NCBI GenBank assembly: GCA_963801355.1
Contig: CAWDEM010000008.1
Coordinates: forward strand, 576,001 to 640,000
Direction of reading: 5' to 3'
Length of the DNA stretch: 64,000 bases
Origin: Ignavibacteriota bacterium
Lineage (GTDB): Bacteria; Bacteroidota; Ignavibacteria; UBA10030; UBA6906
The notes under the pieces: model-generated
Databases searched by the model: none
Seen by the model: only the letters and a program-made list of their open reading frames with translations
What the model was told of the DNA's origin: nothing
Program-made: the position numbers and the translations under genes
In this document: positions 21,701-30,630 of the stretch, one piece after another
Layout of the letters: every line of letters starts with the position of its first letter
Position numbering within the stretch: the first letter of the stretch is position 1

Positions 21701-22686
21701 CCCTTAATCGGGCGACTCGTCGATTCATCCCAGAATTCGTAATCAGCGCCGGTCGTGCCTTTGTATTGATGGGTGACCCCATGCATCACAATGGTCCCGC
21801 CGTTGCGCACCATGTATTTCAGTGCATCCACGATTTCGGGCTTGTCGGAGAGGCTCACACGGAGGCCTTCGCCCGGGTCCACGTAAAACGGGGAGACGCC
21901 CACGAGAAACGGAATGCCCTGGGAGGAGAGGACGTCTGCGACATCGCGCAGCCGGTCCGGGTTCTCCAACGGGTTGACGTCTTCAATCCTGATGATGGCA
22001 GAATGGGATCCCTCATGCTCTTCACCGAGAATGTCATGCAACATATCGGCAAAGAGAATGTAGCGATCGCCCGGGCCGGCCGAAGCGAACGGAGAGTCTG
22101 CGACATAGATGAGATTCCGGGAGCGGACGATGTACGGCACCCTGCGCTTGGATTTCTCCGCATACGCTGTGGCCAGGACGTCGACTAGTTTGCGATTGGC
22201 AATGGTGACAATGTTGAGATTCGGCTCTTCCTTGGAAAACCGGTCCGCACCATGCTCGATAGTGGAGAAGCCGCCAATAGAATCGATATGGCTTACCGAG
22301 AAGCCATACCGCGTGGCGAGATCATACCGAGCCGAGAATTCTGCAAATCCCGTGTGGATCCAAACGATCGGCACAGATGCCGAAAGGACATCGTCAAGAA
22401 ATTTCGAGGGCACGGTGTTGCGCGCGTTAAAACCGATATAGAAGACGTGATCGTACGAGAGGAGCGACCGTGGAGCATAGTCGTCAACGCCGATGACGGT
22501 TGAAGTAACATCAAAGTGACCCAGCAATGCCGCAAGTTGCCGTCCATCGCCCACCGGAAAGCTCGTGATATCGGTCTTTCCCTCCACCACGATCAGCACC
22601 TTCTTGGTGGCCCGGGCGTCAACACTGCATGTGAGCGCGATGAGGAATACAGCAAGTCCCATCACGAGTATCCGACCTCTGTTCAA
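18727..22686 (-). CDS. DUF2334 polysaccharide deacetylase-like multidomain protein (YdaL-like) with C-terminal TM anchor
   Basis: IRIEDV, VMHGVTHQ, WETPHY, ENLGY DUF2334 motifs; later TIM-barrel-like YDWDGVNLAELYF; TTG start after AAGGAG. Confidence 0.75.
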   Translation of the reverse strand: MNRGRILVMGLAVFLIALTCSVDARATKKVLIVVEGKTDITSFPVGDGRQLAALLGHFDVTSTVIGVDDYAPRSLLSYDHVFYIGFNARNTVPSKFLDDVLSASVPIVWIHTGFAEFSARYDLATRYGFSVSHIDSIGGFSTIEHGADRFSKEEPNLNIVTIANRKLVDVLATAYAEKSKRRVPYIVRSRNLIYVADSPFASAGPGDRYILFADMLHDILGEEHEGSHSAIIRIEDVNPLENPDRLRDVADVLSSQGIPFLVGVSPFYVDPGEGLRVSLSDKPEIVDALKYMVRNGGTIVMHGVTHQYKGTTGADYEFWDESTSRPIKGETEAAIRRKIETGIQEFMRNGLYPLLWETPHYTASFLLYRVIGEYFSSAMEQRLTIEHADYSQYFPYMIKRDLFGQKVYPENLGYVPLLANKDSSRAYVLDIVRNARTNLSVRDGFAASFFHAFLDLSLLEELVDSVQAMGYTYIDVRDDENRVQTRDRIILTGSQTYNITLADQYLVETVIDRDGEVVRRNTSETRLSGTSTHSVELKPGEVYRGEPTEFKERQQSLFAKTVQGVTRTIGRVLSTEESWKEARPVILWNQYARGAAYNDQASFAALFASLSIPVDTVFVGQPITLSPYNLAVVPFGFVDSLKLEEYDALVRWVRDGGALITDTRNYLVEEFGIRFGNTTLEVSKVVDKLFPEEQITWRTPEVITKFEADDIDEVFCTDNASEVPLVVGRNVGGGKLLFIATRFDPHTQLGYSHYPFLFEYIRTYMGLAPILRRESLEMYFDPGFRHTQSIEHLVRLWVQQGIRRIHVAGWHTYPKYTYDYKRLIDLAHANGILVYAWLEPPQVSQKFWQEHAEWREKNFRGEDVRPSWRYPVALTDARCVAAMTNDFVSFLRQYDWDGVNLAELYFEAGRGFQDSLSYTPMHPSARQELRGRLGFDPVRVFDPRSPVYWRDHPEIRSALTNYRVEKLEQLYRRILKSVSDIQRYRDGFEVIVTAMDSYGSPELREYIGVDMKSILALQKEFGFALQVEDPEHQWSTDPMRYVAIGNHYSNLIGSPKQLLLDLNILAFRDPGQPTPFPTLIQTGTESFHLVRAAALGAPRATIYAESSVNPQDMMSLASAYAGNVVMTRSGETYNLESPHHFMMHFPREVSEIDLDGNPLAPVRDNMYLIPAGRHVVRPVGNVSGALSPYQFYPRILSSTGTLLSVRSDMSKLTFAYASEGRCLVTVSCEPRTLSVNGRASHFQTMKGNDGYTVTLPPGNHTVELVAGNAFSYGVNLTSFWSSTVIALFGVASVAVLLLMYAMVVLRRRRFAWTARQGFP

Positions 22687-22739
22687 GTCTCGTTCTCCTT
22701 GTACCGTCTTCACGCCACCCCCATGAAATATACACATAC

Positions 22740-22756
22740 TACAACTTCGGTGCCAA
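22740..22756 (-). promoter_or_regulatory. Possible sigma-54 promoter of the polysaccharide operon
   Basis: TTGGCACCGAAGTTGTA vs consensus TGGCAC-N5-TTGC (mismatch at -12), about 55 bp upstream of the start. Confidence 0.35.
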
Positions 22757-23036
22757 ATCACTTGGGGGAAAACAGCGGAGAAAGGTGGTTTTTGTCGTTG
22801 ACGGTTCGACACAGCTGCCCTGGAGCGGCAGAATTGTCGAAGCAAATGATTTGTGCGCCCATTGTGCGTGGTTCTCCTCACAGGATGGTTTGTTGACCTG
22901 TGTGTCGTTCCCACATTCCCACGGATAGGCATCAAGCAGAAGGGGAACCTTCTGGGGGGTAAGCACGTTACACCGGCAGGACATCGTCACGGGATTCACC
23001 TGCACAGGATGTCCGCACGATCCAGGGAGACACGGA

Positions 23037-23780
23037 ATGGCACGAGGGATGCTTCGGGGAATGCTTGGCGGTGTGCTGATGTCCGTCGTTGCGCTTACCG
23101 CCCACGCGCAGGGCATCTCGTTTGAAATCCTGCATGGGAATGACCGGAAGGCAGTGGACAAGGGGACGTATATGCCCGGCATGTTCAGGCAGGAGGGCGA
23201 GGATGGAGAAGTCAGCATCTTGCGGCTGGACAAAGAATTGATGATCACCCTGATCCCGTCGAAAAAGTCCTACAGGGAGATGACATTTGCAGAGATGGGG
23301 ACACGTGTCAAAAAAGGTCGCTCCATGGCCACGGATGCAATGAAGAAACGGATGCAAGGCATGCCGCCCGAACAGCGAAAGAAGCTGGAGGAACGGATGG
23401 CAGCGTTGACCGGGACTGGGGAGGACGTGAAAACGGACATTGTTCAGACCGGAGGGCAGAAAACCATCGAGGGGTACCGTTGCACGGGCTACGTCGTCAA
23501 GCGGAACGGCAAAGATGTGGAAACAATCTGGGCGAGCAAAGATGTGCCGAATTTTGCATCGGTGCGCCACGACTTCCAGCGTATTGTCGCTCTGTTCAGC
23601 TCGATCGGCTCGGGCCGGAACGCCTTTGCTTCGATTGAAAAGATCGATGGCTTCCCCATTGAAACCATTGGCACGGGCTACACGGAGAAGATTACCAAAA
23701 TCCGGTCGGGATCATTCCCAGTTTCCGCTTTCGAGGTTCCCCCAGGCTACACGAAAGCAACATCTGAAGATTCTGACTAG
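23037..23780 (+). CDS. DUF4412 domain protein
   Basis: Signal peptide; TGGQKTIEGYRCTGY, W.SKD, GFPIE, FEVPPGY motifs. Confidence 0.8.
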   Translation: MARGMLRGMLGGVLMSVVALTAHAQGISFEILHGNDRKAVDKGTYMPGMFRQEGEDGEVSILRLDKELMITLIPSKKSYREMTFAEMGTRVKKGRSMATDAMKKRMQGMPPEQRKKLEERMAALTGTGEDVKTDIVQTGGQKTIEGYRCTGYVVKRNGKDVETIWASKDVPNFASVRHDFQRIVALFSSIGSGRNAFASIEKIDGFPIETIGTGYTEKITKIRSGSFPVSAFEVPPGYTKATSEDSD

Positions 23781-23788
23781 CATCCATC

Positions 23789-25486
23789 TCAGCGAAAATA
23801 CGCCTTCACGACGTACTGCAAAATCATGCGCTGGGTGTGAAAGAACGAGCCGTTCAAGGCTATGGCATGGCGCATGATGTCGATGAAACGGTTTCGGTCA
23901 TGGTAGAACATCGGGATGACCACTTGATCGAGCTTTGCATAGAGCGACGCGGCGTCACAGGCAGATCTGTCGTCGTCCGTCTTGACGGGATCACAACGTT
24001 CTCCGATAGCCCAGCCGGTCACTCCCTCGATGCAGCCTTCGATCCACCATCCATCCAGCACACTGAGGCTTGGCACGCCGTTGAGGGCGGCTTTCATGCC
24101 GCTCGTGCCTGAAGCTTCGAGTGGCGGCTGGGGTGTGTTCAGCCATACATCAACACCGGCGGTCAGGAGTCTTCCGAGTTCCAGATCGTAGTTGGGAAGG
24201 TAGGCGATATTGATGCGACCTTTGAGCGCCTCCTTGGCCTGAAAAATCCGCTTGATAAGTTCCTTTCCACCCATGTCATGAGGATGAGCCTTGCCCGCAT
24301 AGACCACCTGGAACTTTTCAGCCCTGGCGGCAATCTCCTTGAGCCGGTCCATGTCATGAAACAGCAGGTCCCCTCGCTTGTACGCTGCCGCGCGGCGTGC
24401 GAATCCAAGCGTCAAGACATTGGTGTCCATTCCGGAATTGGTCTCGCGGTTGACGCGGTCGATGAGCTGGCGTTTGGCCTGAACGTGTGCTTCCCATACC
24501 TGCGCTGCCGGAATGCTCAAAGCATAGCGCAGGCTAAAACTGTCCCCCCGCCAATCGGGAATCTGTTCGTCAAATAACTTCTGCAGCGGCTGTGCCGCCC
24601 AGGTGGCGGAATGGACGCCGTTGGTGATGGCATCAATCCGGTACTGGGCAAACAAGTGGCGGGAGACTTCGCCGTGTTTCTTGGCAACCCCGTTCACGTA
24701 ATGACTGAAGTTGAGGGCGAGATAGGTCATGTTGAGAGTGCCCTCGAGGCAGAACACATCTTGCATGGCCGCTATTTCTTCGCGCCCGAGCACGCGTGTG
24801 GCCATATCAATCGGAAACTGGTCATGCCCGGCCGGGACAGGAGTGTGGGTGGTGAACACGCATAGCTGGCGGACCGGCTCAATGTCGTCGCGGGTAAATG
24901 TGCTGCGACCCGCCTTTCGCGCTTGCTCATCGAGAAGGGCAACTGTGAGGAGGCTCGCATGTCCCTCGTTCATGTGAAACCGCTCAAGCTGGTCGTAGCC
25001 GAGTGCCCGGAGCATCTTGACGCCACCGATGCCGAGGATGACTTCCTGGCAGAGGCGGTAGTGCAGATCGCCGCCGTAGAGGTAGTTCGTGAGCGTCCTG
25101 TCCCAGTCGGTGTTTTCGGGCAGGTCGGTGTCAAGCAGATAGACCGGGACATCGAATCCATCGTAACCGCGTATTTCGTATTTCCAGGCGCGGATCTGGA
25201 CAGTCCTTCCCTCGATAGTCACCGCCGCCCGCGCAGGCATCTCCGTCAGGAAATCTTCAACAATCCATTCAACGGGCTCTTCCGTCTGCCAACCGCCCTG
25301 ATCGAGTTTCTGATAGAAGAAGCCTTTCCGGTGCACCAGAGTTACGGCGAGCAACGGGACCTTCCGGTCCGCGGCGGCACGAATGGCATCACCCGCCAGC
25401 ACACCCAGTCCCCCGCTGTAGGTCGGGATATCGTTCGCGAGTGCAATCTCCATTGACAAATATGCAACCAGCCTTCTGTCATTCAT
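23789..25486 (-). CDS. glgP: Alpha-glucan (glycogen) phosphorylase
   Basis: [27 protein letters not shown]...[16 protein letters not shown] motif. Confidence 0.95.
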   Translation of the reverse strand: MNDRRLVAYLSMEIALANDIPTYSGGLGVLAGDAIRAAADRKVPLLAVTLVHRKGFFYQKLDQGGWQTEEPVEWIVEDFLTEMPARAAVTIEGRTVQIRAWKYEIRGYDGFDVPVYLLDTDLPENTDWDRTLTNYLYGGDLHYRLCQEVILGIGGVKMLRALGYDQLERFHMNEGHASLLTVALLDEQARKAGRSTFTRDDIEPVRQLCVFTTHTPVPAGHDQFPIDMATRVLGREEIAAMQDVFCLEGTLNMTYLALNFSHYVNGVAKKHGEVSRHLFAQYRIDAITNGVHSATWAAQPLQKLFDEQIPDWRGDSFSLRYALSIPAAQVWEAHVQAKRQLIDRVNRETNSGMDTNVLTLGFARRAAAYKRGDLLFHDMDRLKEIAARAEKFQVVYAGKAHPHDMGGKELIKRIFQAKEALKGRINIAYLPNYDLELGRLLTAGVDVWLNTPQPPLEASGTSGMKAALNGVPSLSVLDGWWIEGCIEGVTGWAIGERCDPVKTDDDRSACDAASLYAKLDQVVIPMFYHDRNRFIDIMRHAIALNGSFFHTQRMILQYVVKAYFR

Positions 25487-25497
25487 GGGAGACTCCC

Positions 25498-26478
25498 CTA
25501 TCGTTCTTCTTCTTCGCCGGCCGCTTGCCGAGATTGATCTGCACTGCCGTCCGGTGATTTGTCCGTCCGGTCCAGTGTGGCATCATGCAACGAGGCGGGA
25601 TCAGTCAACGGCTCCAGATGGGCCAGCACGGTGACATTGGGCAAGGCACTACGAAGATCGGCCTCGAGGCTCTCCATCAGTTGATGCCCGTGCTGAACCG
25701 TCCAGAGGCCGGGGACCAACATATGGAAAGAAATAAAGCGGCGTGTCCCTGCCTGGCGTGTTCGCAGTGCGTGATACTGTATGTCTGCTTGTCCATGCCG
25801 TTCAAGCACTGCCTGTATCGCTTGTTGTTCCTTGAGAGGCAGCGCCGTATCCATGAGTCCCCGCACCGAGCTTCGCATGATATGCACGCCCGACCAGATG
25901 ATATTCCCGGCGACGATGAACGCCACAATGGCGTCAAGTTCATTCCACCCTGTCAGAGCCGCTGCCCCCACACCAATCAGCACACCTGCTGATGTCCACA
26001 CGTCCGTCATCAGATGGCGGGCATCGGCCTCCAGTGCAATGGAGCCGTACCGTTGAGCCGCCTTGGACAAAGCCAGCGAGACAAACAGGTTCACGAGGGA
26101 GGCCACGACCGAAATCCCCAACCCCAGCCCGATCTGTTCCAGCGGCCGGGGTGCAATCAGCCTCTGTACGGCTGTGACGGCGATGCTGAGAGCGGCGACT
26201 CCGATCAAGCCCCCTTCTACCCCGCTGGAGAAATACTCCGCTTTGCTATGGCCGAAGGCATGGTCCGCATCTGCCGGGCGAGCTGCAATTGTCAACATCG
26301 CGAGTGCCATTACCGCGCCGGCGAGATTGACGCAGGATTCCAGTGCATCGGAGAGCAGCCCGACCGATCCTGTCATCATGTATGCCGCGGTCTTCAGTGC
26401 AATGGTGAGTATGGCCGCGGCAATGGAAAGCCAGGCAAAGCGTGCGAGGGAGGGACTACAGGTTGTGTTCGATGGCAT
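25498..26478 (-). CDS. Cation diffusion facilitator (FieF-like) transporter
   Basis: [32 protein letters not shown]-terminal H.EP; start uncertain. Confidence 0.9.
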   Translation of the reverse strand: MPSNTTCSPSLARFAWLSIAAAILTIALKTAAYMMTGSVGLLSDALESCVNLAGAVMALAMLTIAARPADADHAFGHSKAEYFSSGVEGGLIGVAALSIAVTAVQRLIAPRPLEQIGLGLGISVVASLVNLFVSLALSKAAQRYGSIALEADARHLMTDVWTSAGVLIGVGAAALTGWNELDAIVAFIVAGNIIWSGVHIMRSSVRGLMDTALPLKEQQAIQAVLERHGQADIQYHALRTRQAGTRRFISFHMLVPGLWTVQHGHQLMESLEADLRSALPNVTVLAHLEPLTDPASLHDATLDRTDKSPDGSADQSRQAAGEEEER

Positions 26479-26524
26479 ATCCCGGCCCGTCAACGTCCTT
26501 GAAGTGGGTACATGCGTGCGCCGC

Positions 26525-27799
26525 CTAGAAGTCAAAATCCAGAATCAGAGCAAACTGGTTCTCGTCGATGGTGTTCTCTTTTCCTGTCTGTCTGAACGTG
26601 TACTCGGCGTGAAGCGCAACATTCACCGCGGACCAATCACCAAGATAGTAGCGCAACAGGAATGAGTAGGCATTGACGCTTCGTTCCTGGTCAAGCGATG
26701 GAGGACGGACCCAGTTGTACATTACTGATGCCACCAGCCGGTTGTCGAGTAGGCCTGCCCAGTTGAGCTCCGCAAACCCACCTGTGTAATTGTAGCTTTG
26801 CGTTTGGTCCAGAGCATTCAGTGCCTTATCATCGCTTCCCGTCATGAACAAGACGCCGAGATTGAACATCTCGTAGTTCAGACTTCCGTCGATGCCCATC
26901 CTGTAGAACGGTTTGTTGTCGGTGCCGTTTGTCTCGCCGGTCGGTGCGACGATGTTACCTGTGAGCCGTGTTGGCTGCCATCCGTAATAGGCAAACGCGC
27001 CGATCCGCTGCCCTGCGCTCTGGCCTTCGCCTTTCCCGAATGTCTGGAAAAGGCTGAGGTAGAAGTCTTTGGCATTGTTCACATCAGGGCTGCCACCGCT
27101 CCCGTTTACGACGCCGAATCCATACTTGAAACCGCTTCTGAAGTGTCCGGTTGCTTCGACGCCCATCTGATTGTCATCGAAGACGAATCCGTTCGCCGGT
27201 GTCGTGAACGAGTATACCTCGTAGGGAGCGAAGACGTTGTATTTTCGCTTTGAACTGAACTGATGATACGCAGGTTCGAACCGCCCGATCCGGATGTTCA
27301 AGGCGTCCTCAACGACGTTGCTGAAGACAAGATTGGCCGATTCCAGGGCGGCCAGTTGTGCAGGATTGTTGCCTGAACCGCCTGCGCCGGTGTAATCGGC
27401 CGATGGTTCATCGACCCTCGGAGTGTAAATCATAAGGAATGAAATGTTCTTGTGAAGAACACCCGCAGCGAGAAGGTCCAAGCCGAAGAGGTTGAATCCT
27501 GCCGTCGTCCCGGACACTGAACCATGCTTTCTGGAGTACACTGAGAGTCCGGCTGTTGTTCTCATGGCAATCGGCGGAGGGGTGTCGAAGACAGTCTTTT
27601 CGCCTCCGACCTGGCCGGGGAGCTGATACCCGTTGTCCCGGTAGCGCTGGCCGAAATCATTCAGCTTGGTGTACGCTGTGTGGCACATGTTGCAGTTAAA
27701 ACCATACTTGCGGGCAAAGGCCGGGATTGCGTCGGCGGCTGACGTGAGGAAGAGCAACGCGACGAGAACCATAACGAGAGACGCGAAAGGCGCTTTCAT
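26525..27799 (-). CDS. Cyc2-like monoheme cytochrome c-porin fusion
   Basis: Signal peptide then [16 protein letters not shown]...[13 protein letters not shown]; beta-barrel body ending LDFDF. Confidence 0.75.
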   Translation of the reverse strand: MKAPFASLVMVLVALLFLTSAADAIPAFARKYGFNCNMCHTAYTKLNDFGQRYRDNGYQLPGQVGGEKTVFDTPPPIAMRTTAGLSVYSRKHGSVSGTTAGFNLFGLDLLAAGVLHKNISFLMIYTPRVDEPSADYTGAGGSGNNPAQLAALESANLVFSNVVEDALNIRIGRFEPAYHQFSSKRKYNVFAPYEVYSFTTPANGFVFDDNQMGVEATGHFRSGFKYGFGVVNGSGGSPDVNNAKDFYLSLFQTFGKGEGQSAGQRIGAFAYYGWQPTRLTGNIVAPTGETNGTDNKPFYRMGIDGSLNYEMFNLGVLFMTGSDDKALNALDQTQSYNYTGGFAELNWAGLLDNRLVASVMYNWVRPPSLDQERSVNAYSFLLRYYLGDWSAVNVALHAEYTFRQTGKENTIDENQFALILDFDF

Positions 27800-27811
27800 G
27801 ACATGCACTCC

Positions 27812-28879
27812 TTACTTTGGCATCGCTGATTGTGGAATGGGCTTCACGTTTGCCACCTCTGGGTTGAGGCTCGTCATCGCTCGTTTCATAAAGGCGACAA
27901 GGGCATCCTTCTCTTTCTGTGAAAGTCCGAGTGGCACGATCAGCGGGTCGAGATTGGAGTCATCAGTATCACCGCCACGGTTGTAGAAATCCACGAGCGA
28001 CTCGAGATTCTTCTCCGATCCATCGTGCAGGTACGGCGCGCGCAACCCGGCATCCCGGACCGTCGGAGTTTTGAATGCCCCTTTGTCTCTGGGATCCTTC
28101 GTTATGTCGAATCTGCCCATGTCCGGCTTGGACGGATCGCCCGGCTTCACTCCGATGTTGTGAAACCTCCCATCAGTGAAGTTCGGCCCCCAGTGGCACA
28201 ACGTGCAATGCCCTTTGCCGTTGAAAATCTCCAGACCGTCTTTTTCCTGCGGCGACATGGCCTGGTCATCCCCTCTCACGTATCTGTCAAATGGTGAGTC
28301 GGTGGTAACGACTGTACGCTCGAATGCCGCGATTGCCTGTGCGACCAGATCAATCGTGACCGTGGAGGACCCGAATGCCGCCTTGAATTCTTCCGCATAG
28401 CCCGGAATATTGTCGACCGTCTTCAACATGGCATCATGGGTGTTCCCCATCTCGATGGGGTTCGCAATAGGTCCCTTTGCCTGCTCCTCGAGGCTCGGCG
28501 CCCTTCCGTCCCAGAATTGCAGCGGGAGATAGGCTGCGTTCGACACCGGCGGTGCCCTCCGTCCTCCCCTCTGCCCGGCGATACCCGCGCTTGTCGGGCC
28601 GTCATCCGACCAGCCCTTGGCGGGATCATGGCAGGTCGCACAGCTTATGGTATTGTCTTTTGAAAGACGTGCATCGAAGTAGAGCTGTTTCCCCAGGAGA
28701 ATTTTTGCGGCCGTCTGTGGATTGTCCGGCGGAGAGACAACCGCGGGAAGATTCCCCAGTTTCTGCGGACCGAGGACCTGGACGTTGAGTGCTGTCGTCG
28801 GTTTGTCGGGTCCATCCGCTGCGCTCAGAAGATAGGGAGTGATCAGCAAGGCGATAATCAACAAAAGCGTCTTGTACAT
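27812..28879 (-). CDS. Di-heme cytochrome c peroxidase (CcpA/MauG family)
   Basis: LGKQLYFDARLS, CATCH, QFWDGRA, NPIEM, CTLCH, FKTPTVR, PYLHDG. Confidence 0.92.
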   Translation of the reverse strand: MYKTLLLIIALLITPYLLSAADGPDKPTTALNVQVLGPQKLGNLPAVVSPPDNPQTAAKILLGKQLYFDARLSKDNTISCATCHDPAKGWSDDGPTSAGIAGQRGGRRAPPVSNAAYLPLQFWDGRAPSLEEQAKGPIANPIEMGNTHDAMLKTVDNIPGYAEEFKAAFGSSTVTIDLVAQAIAAFERTVVTTDSPFDRYVRGDDQAMSPQEKDGLEIFNGKGHCTLCHWGPNFTDGRFHNIGVKPGDPSKPDMGRFDITKDPRDKGAFKTPTVRDAGLRAPYLHDGSEKNLESLVDFYNRGGDTDDSNLDPLIVPLGLSQKEKDALVAFMKRAMTSLNPEVANVKPIPQSAMPK

Positions 28880-29225
28880 GTCATCCTCCTGTGAAATGAG
28901 AAAGGGTTGTTGAAAATGAACGGGGGACCTGCATCCTGGAAAGGTATCTGTAGTGTTCTCGAGCGCGTTATTGCATATTCTGGCTTAAGGACATGCTATG
29001 GTAGCAAAGGTCGGGTGGAATATCAAGAGGATTATAACTCAGGGCATCCTGGAGCGAATAGGAGGCGCTTCAACAGTGCATCGGCAGGCGTTTCGTTACT
29101 GCCGGGTACGCTAGGGGGCAGGGTCTTGATTCCGGAGAGAAAACGTGAGGTTTCAGGCATGCAATGATGCACGCTCCTTGCGGAGAGTGTCACCGTGGAA
29201 TTGAATCGGAAGTGGCAACTACACT

Positions 29226-30326
29226 TCAGTCATATCTCCCATACCTCTCCACCAGCTCTCCTACCCGTCTTACCCGGTACTCGAGACAATCGGGTGGCAC
29301 CTGGTCGGCAACACCAAGCACATAGCGAGGATGAGACCGCATAACAAGCAGGACGTTTTGTACATGACGGTCAAACTCTTCGTCAGTCACTTTGGATGTG
29401 AAATACCCCCCTGGAATACCGCCCCAGAGAATTGTCCTGGGGTTAGCGGCCTGAGCCGCCCATTGGTCGATCGGCAGGTCTCCAACGGGATCAGGAGTCA
29501 TTGCCTCGATCACGTTGACGCCTGTTGATGCCTCTTCGCGGAGGAGTCCCTTGAGCGTGCCATCCATATGGATGAAGGAATGTTTTCCCACGCCGGCGAT
29601 CTCTCTGATCCACTCCTCCTGATAGGCGCGCATGTACTTCTCAAAAAAGCGGCGACCGACCATCTCGGCCGAAAGGTTCTCCGGAATCATCAACACTTCC
29701 GCCGGACTCTCAACAGCGATCCGGGCGGCTTTGTCAAACGTTGACTGCATGACGGCGAGGGTTTCGGCAAATGCATCCGGCGCTGCAGCCACCATAAAGG
29801 TCACGGCGGCTATGCCTGCCTCCAGAGCGACGAGTTGCATAAACGGGCTCTTAGGAAGATAGCAGAGAAGGATGCCCTGATCCCCGATCTGCCCCAGCCG
29901 TCGATTGGCGAAATCGTAGTCTGGTTCCCAGTCGGTACGCGAATACACATAGCGCAGGGCGGGCAGATCTTCTTCTGATTTGACCAGGTGCTCAATAGGG
30001 GCTTCGGCATACGATTGAGGGAGGTATTCCCAGCACTCCCGCAGGTTTCCTTTCGGTGTGACAAGTTCGTGATACCGGCGGTTGCCTTCATGCCATGTGC
30101 GTTCCTGAACGTCAAGGATCGCGCGAAACGGGAAGTACCCCTGAAGATACAATCCCACCCCCAGGGAACGATGCCATTGAACGTATTCAGCAGTTCCTTT
30201 GAATCCGTCCGGCTTCCTTCCCTGGGCTATCAGTGCCGTAGCCCAATAGTCCAGATCCCCGAACCAGGGAACCTGATCCGGCCGATCACCTTTCAGTAAA
30301 GCCAGGATTCGCTTTCTTGGTGTCAT
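29226..30326 (-). CDS. Uroporphyrinogen decarboxylase superfamily protein (MtaA/CmuA-like)
   Basis: MTPRKRILALLKG..PDQVP, FIHMDG, ILWGGI, VLGVADQVP. Confidence 0.75.
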   Translation of the reverse strand: MTPRKRILALLKGDRPDQVPWFGDLDYWATALIAQGRKPDGFKGTAEYVQWHRSLGVGLYLQGYFPFRAILDVQERTWHEGNRRYHELVTPKGNLRECWEYLPQSYAEAPIEHLVKSEEDLPALRYVYSRTDWEPDYDFANRRLGQIGDQGILLCYLPKSPFMQLVALEAGIAAVTFMVAAAPDAFAETLAVMQSTFDKAARIAVESPAEVLMIPENLSAEMVGRRFFEKYMRAYQEEWIREIAGVGKHSFIHMDGTLKGLLREEASTGVNVIEAMTPDPVGDLPIDQWAAQAANPRTILWGGIPGGYFTSKVTDEEFDRHVQNVLLVMRSHPRYVLGVADQVPPDCLEYRVRRVGELVERYGRYD

Positions 30327-30553
30327 CGATGGCGCCTAGCACAACTAGTGAACAATCTACAAGCCGGATTGCCAAATCTCTGCAAGGCAATTTCTGACAA
30401 TTGTGTAGGAAATTCAAGATCCGCACAACGAATTCTCCGGACCAATCCCTGACCCTCGTCCAGGACCCAGGTGTGTTCGAAAGTCCATCATGAAATAGCC
30501 AACGACCTTTGTTATCGGCATTTATATTGGTATTTTTCAACACTCACACTTTT

Positions 30554-30597
30554 TGTGAGTCAATAAATCATGCCATGTGAGTCATTGAATCATACCA
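30554..30597 (+). promoter_or_regulatory. Tandem 22-bp direct repeat upstream of SGNH hydrolase (candidate regulator site)
   Basis: TGTGAGTCAATAAATCATGCCA / TGTGAGTCATTGAATCATACCA. Confidence 0.55.
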
Positions 30598-30630
30598 TGG
30601 TACTAAGAGAGCTCTGTCCTTAAGCATAAA

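Noticed and set aside
23038-23053. Sigma-54-like TGGCACGAGGGATGCT
   Set aside because: Overlaps the probable start region of the DUF4412 gene, leaving almost no leader; cannot be supported
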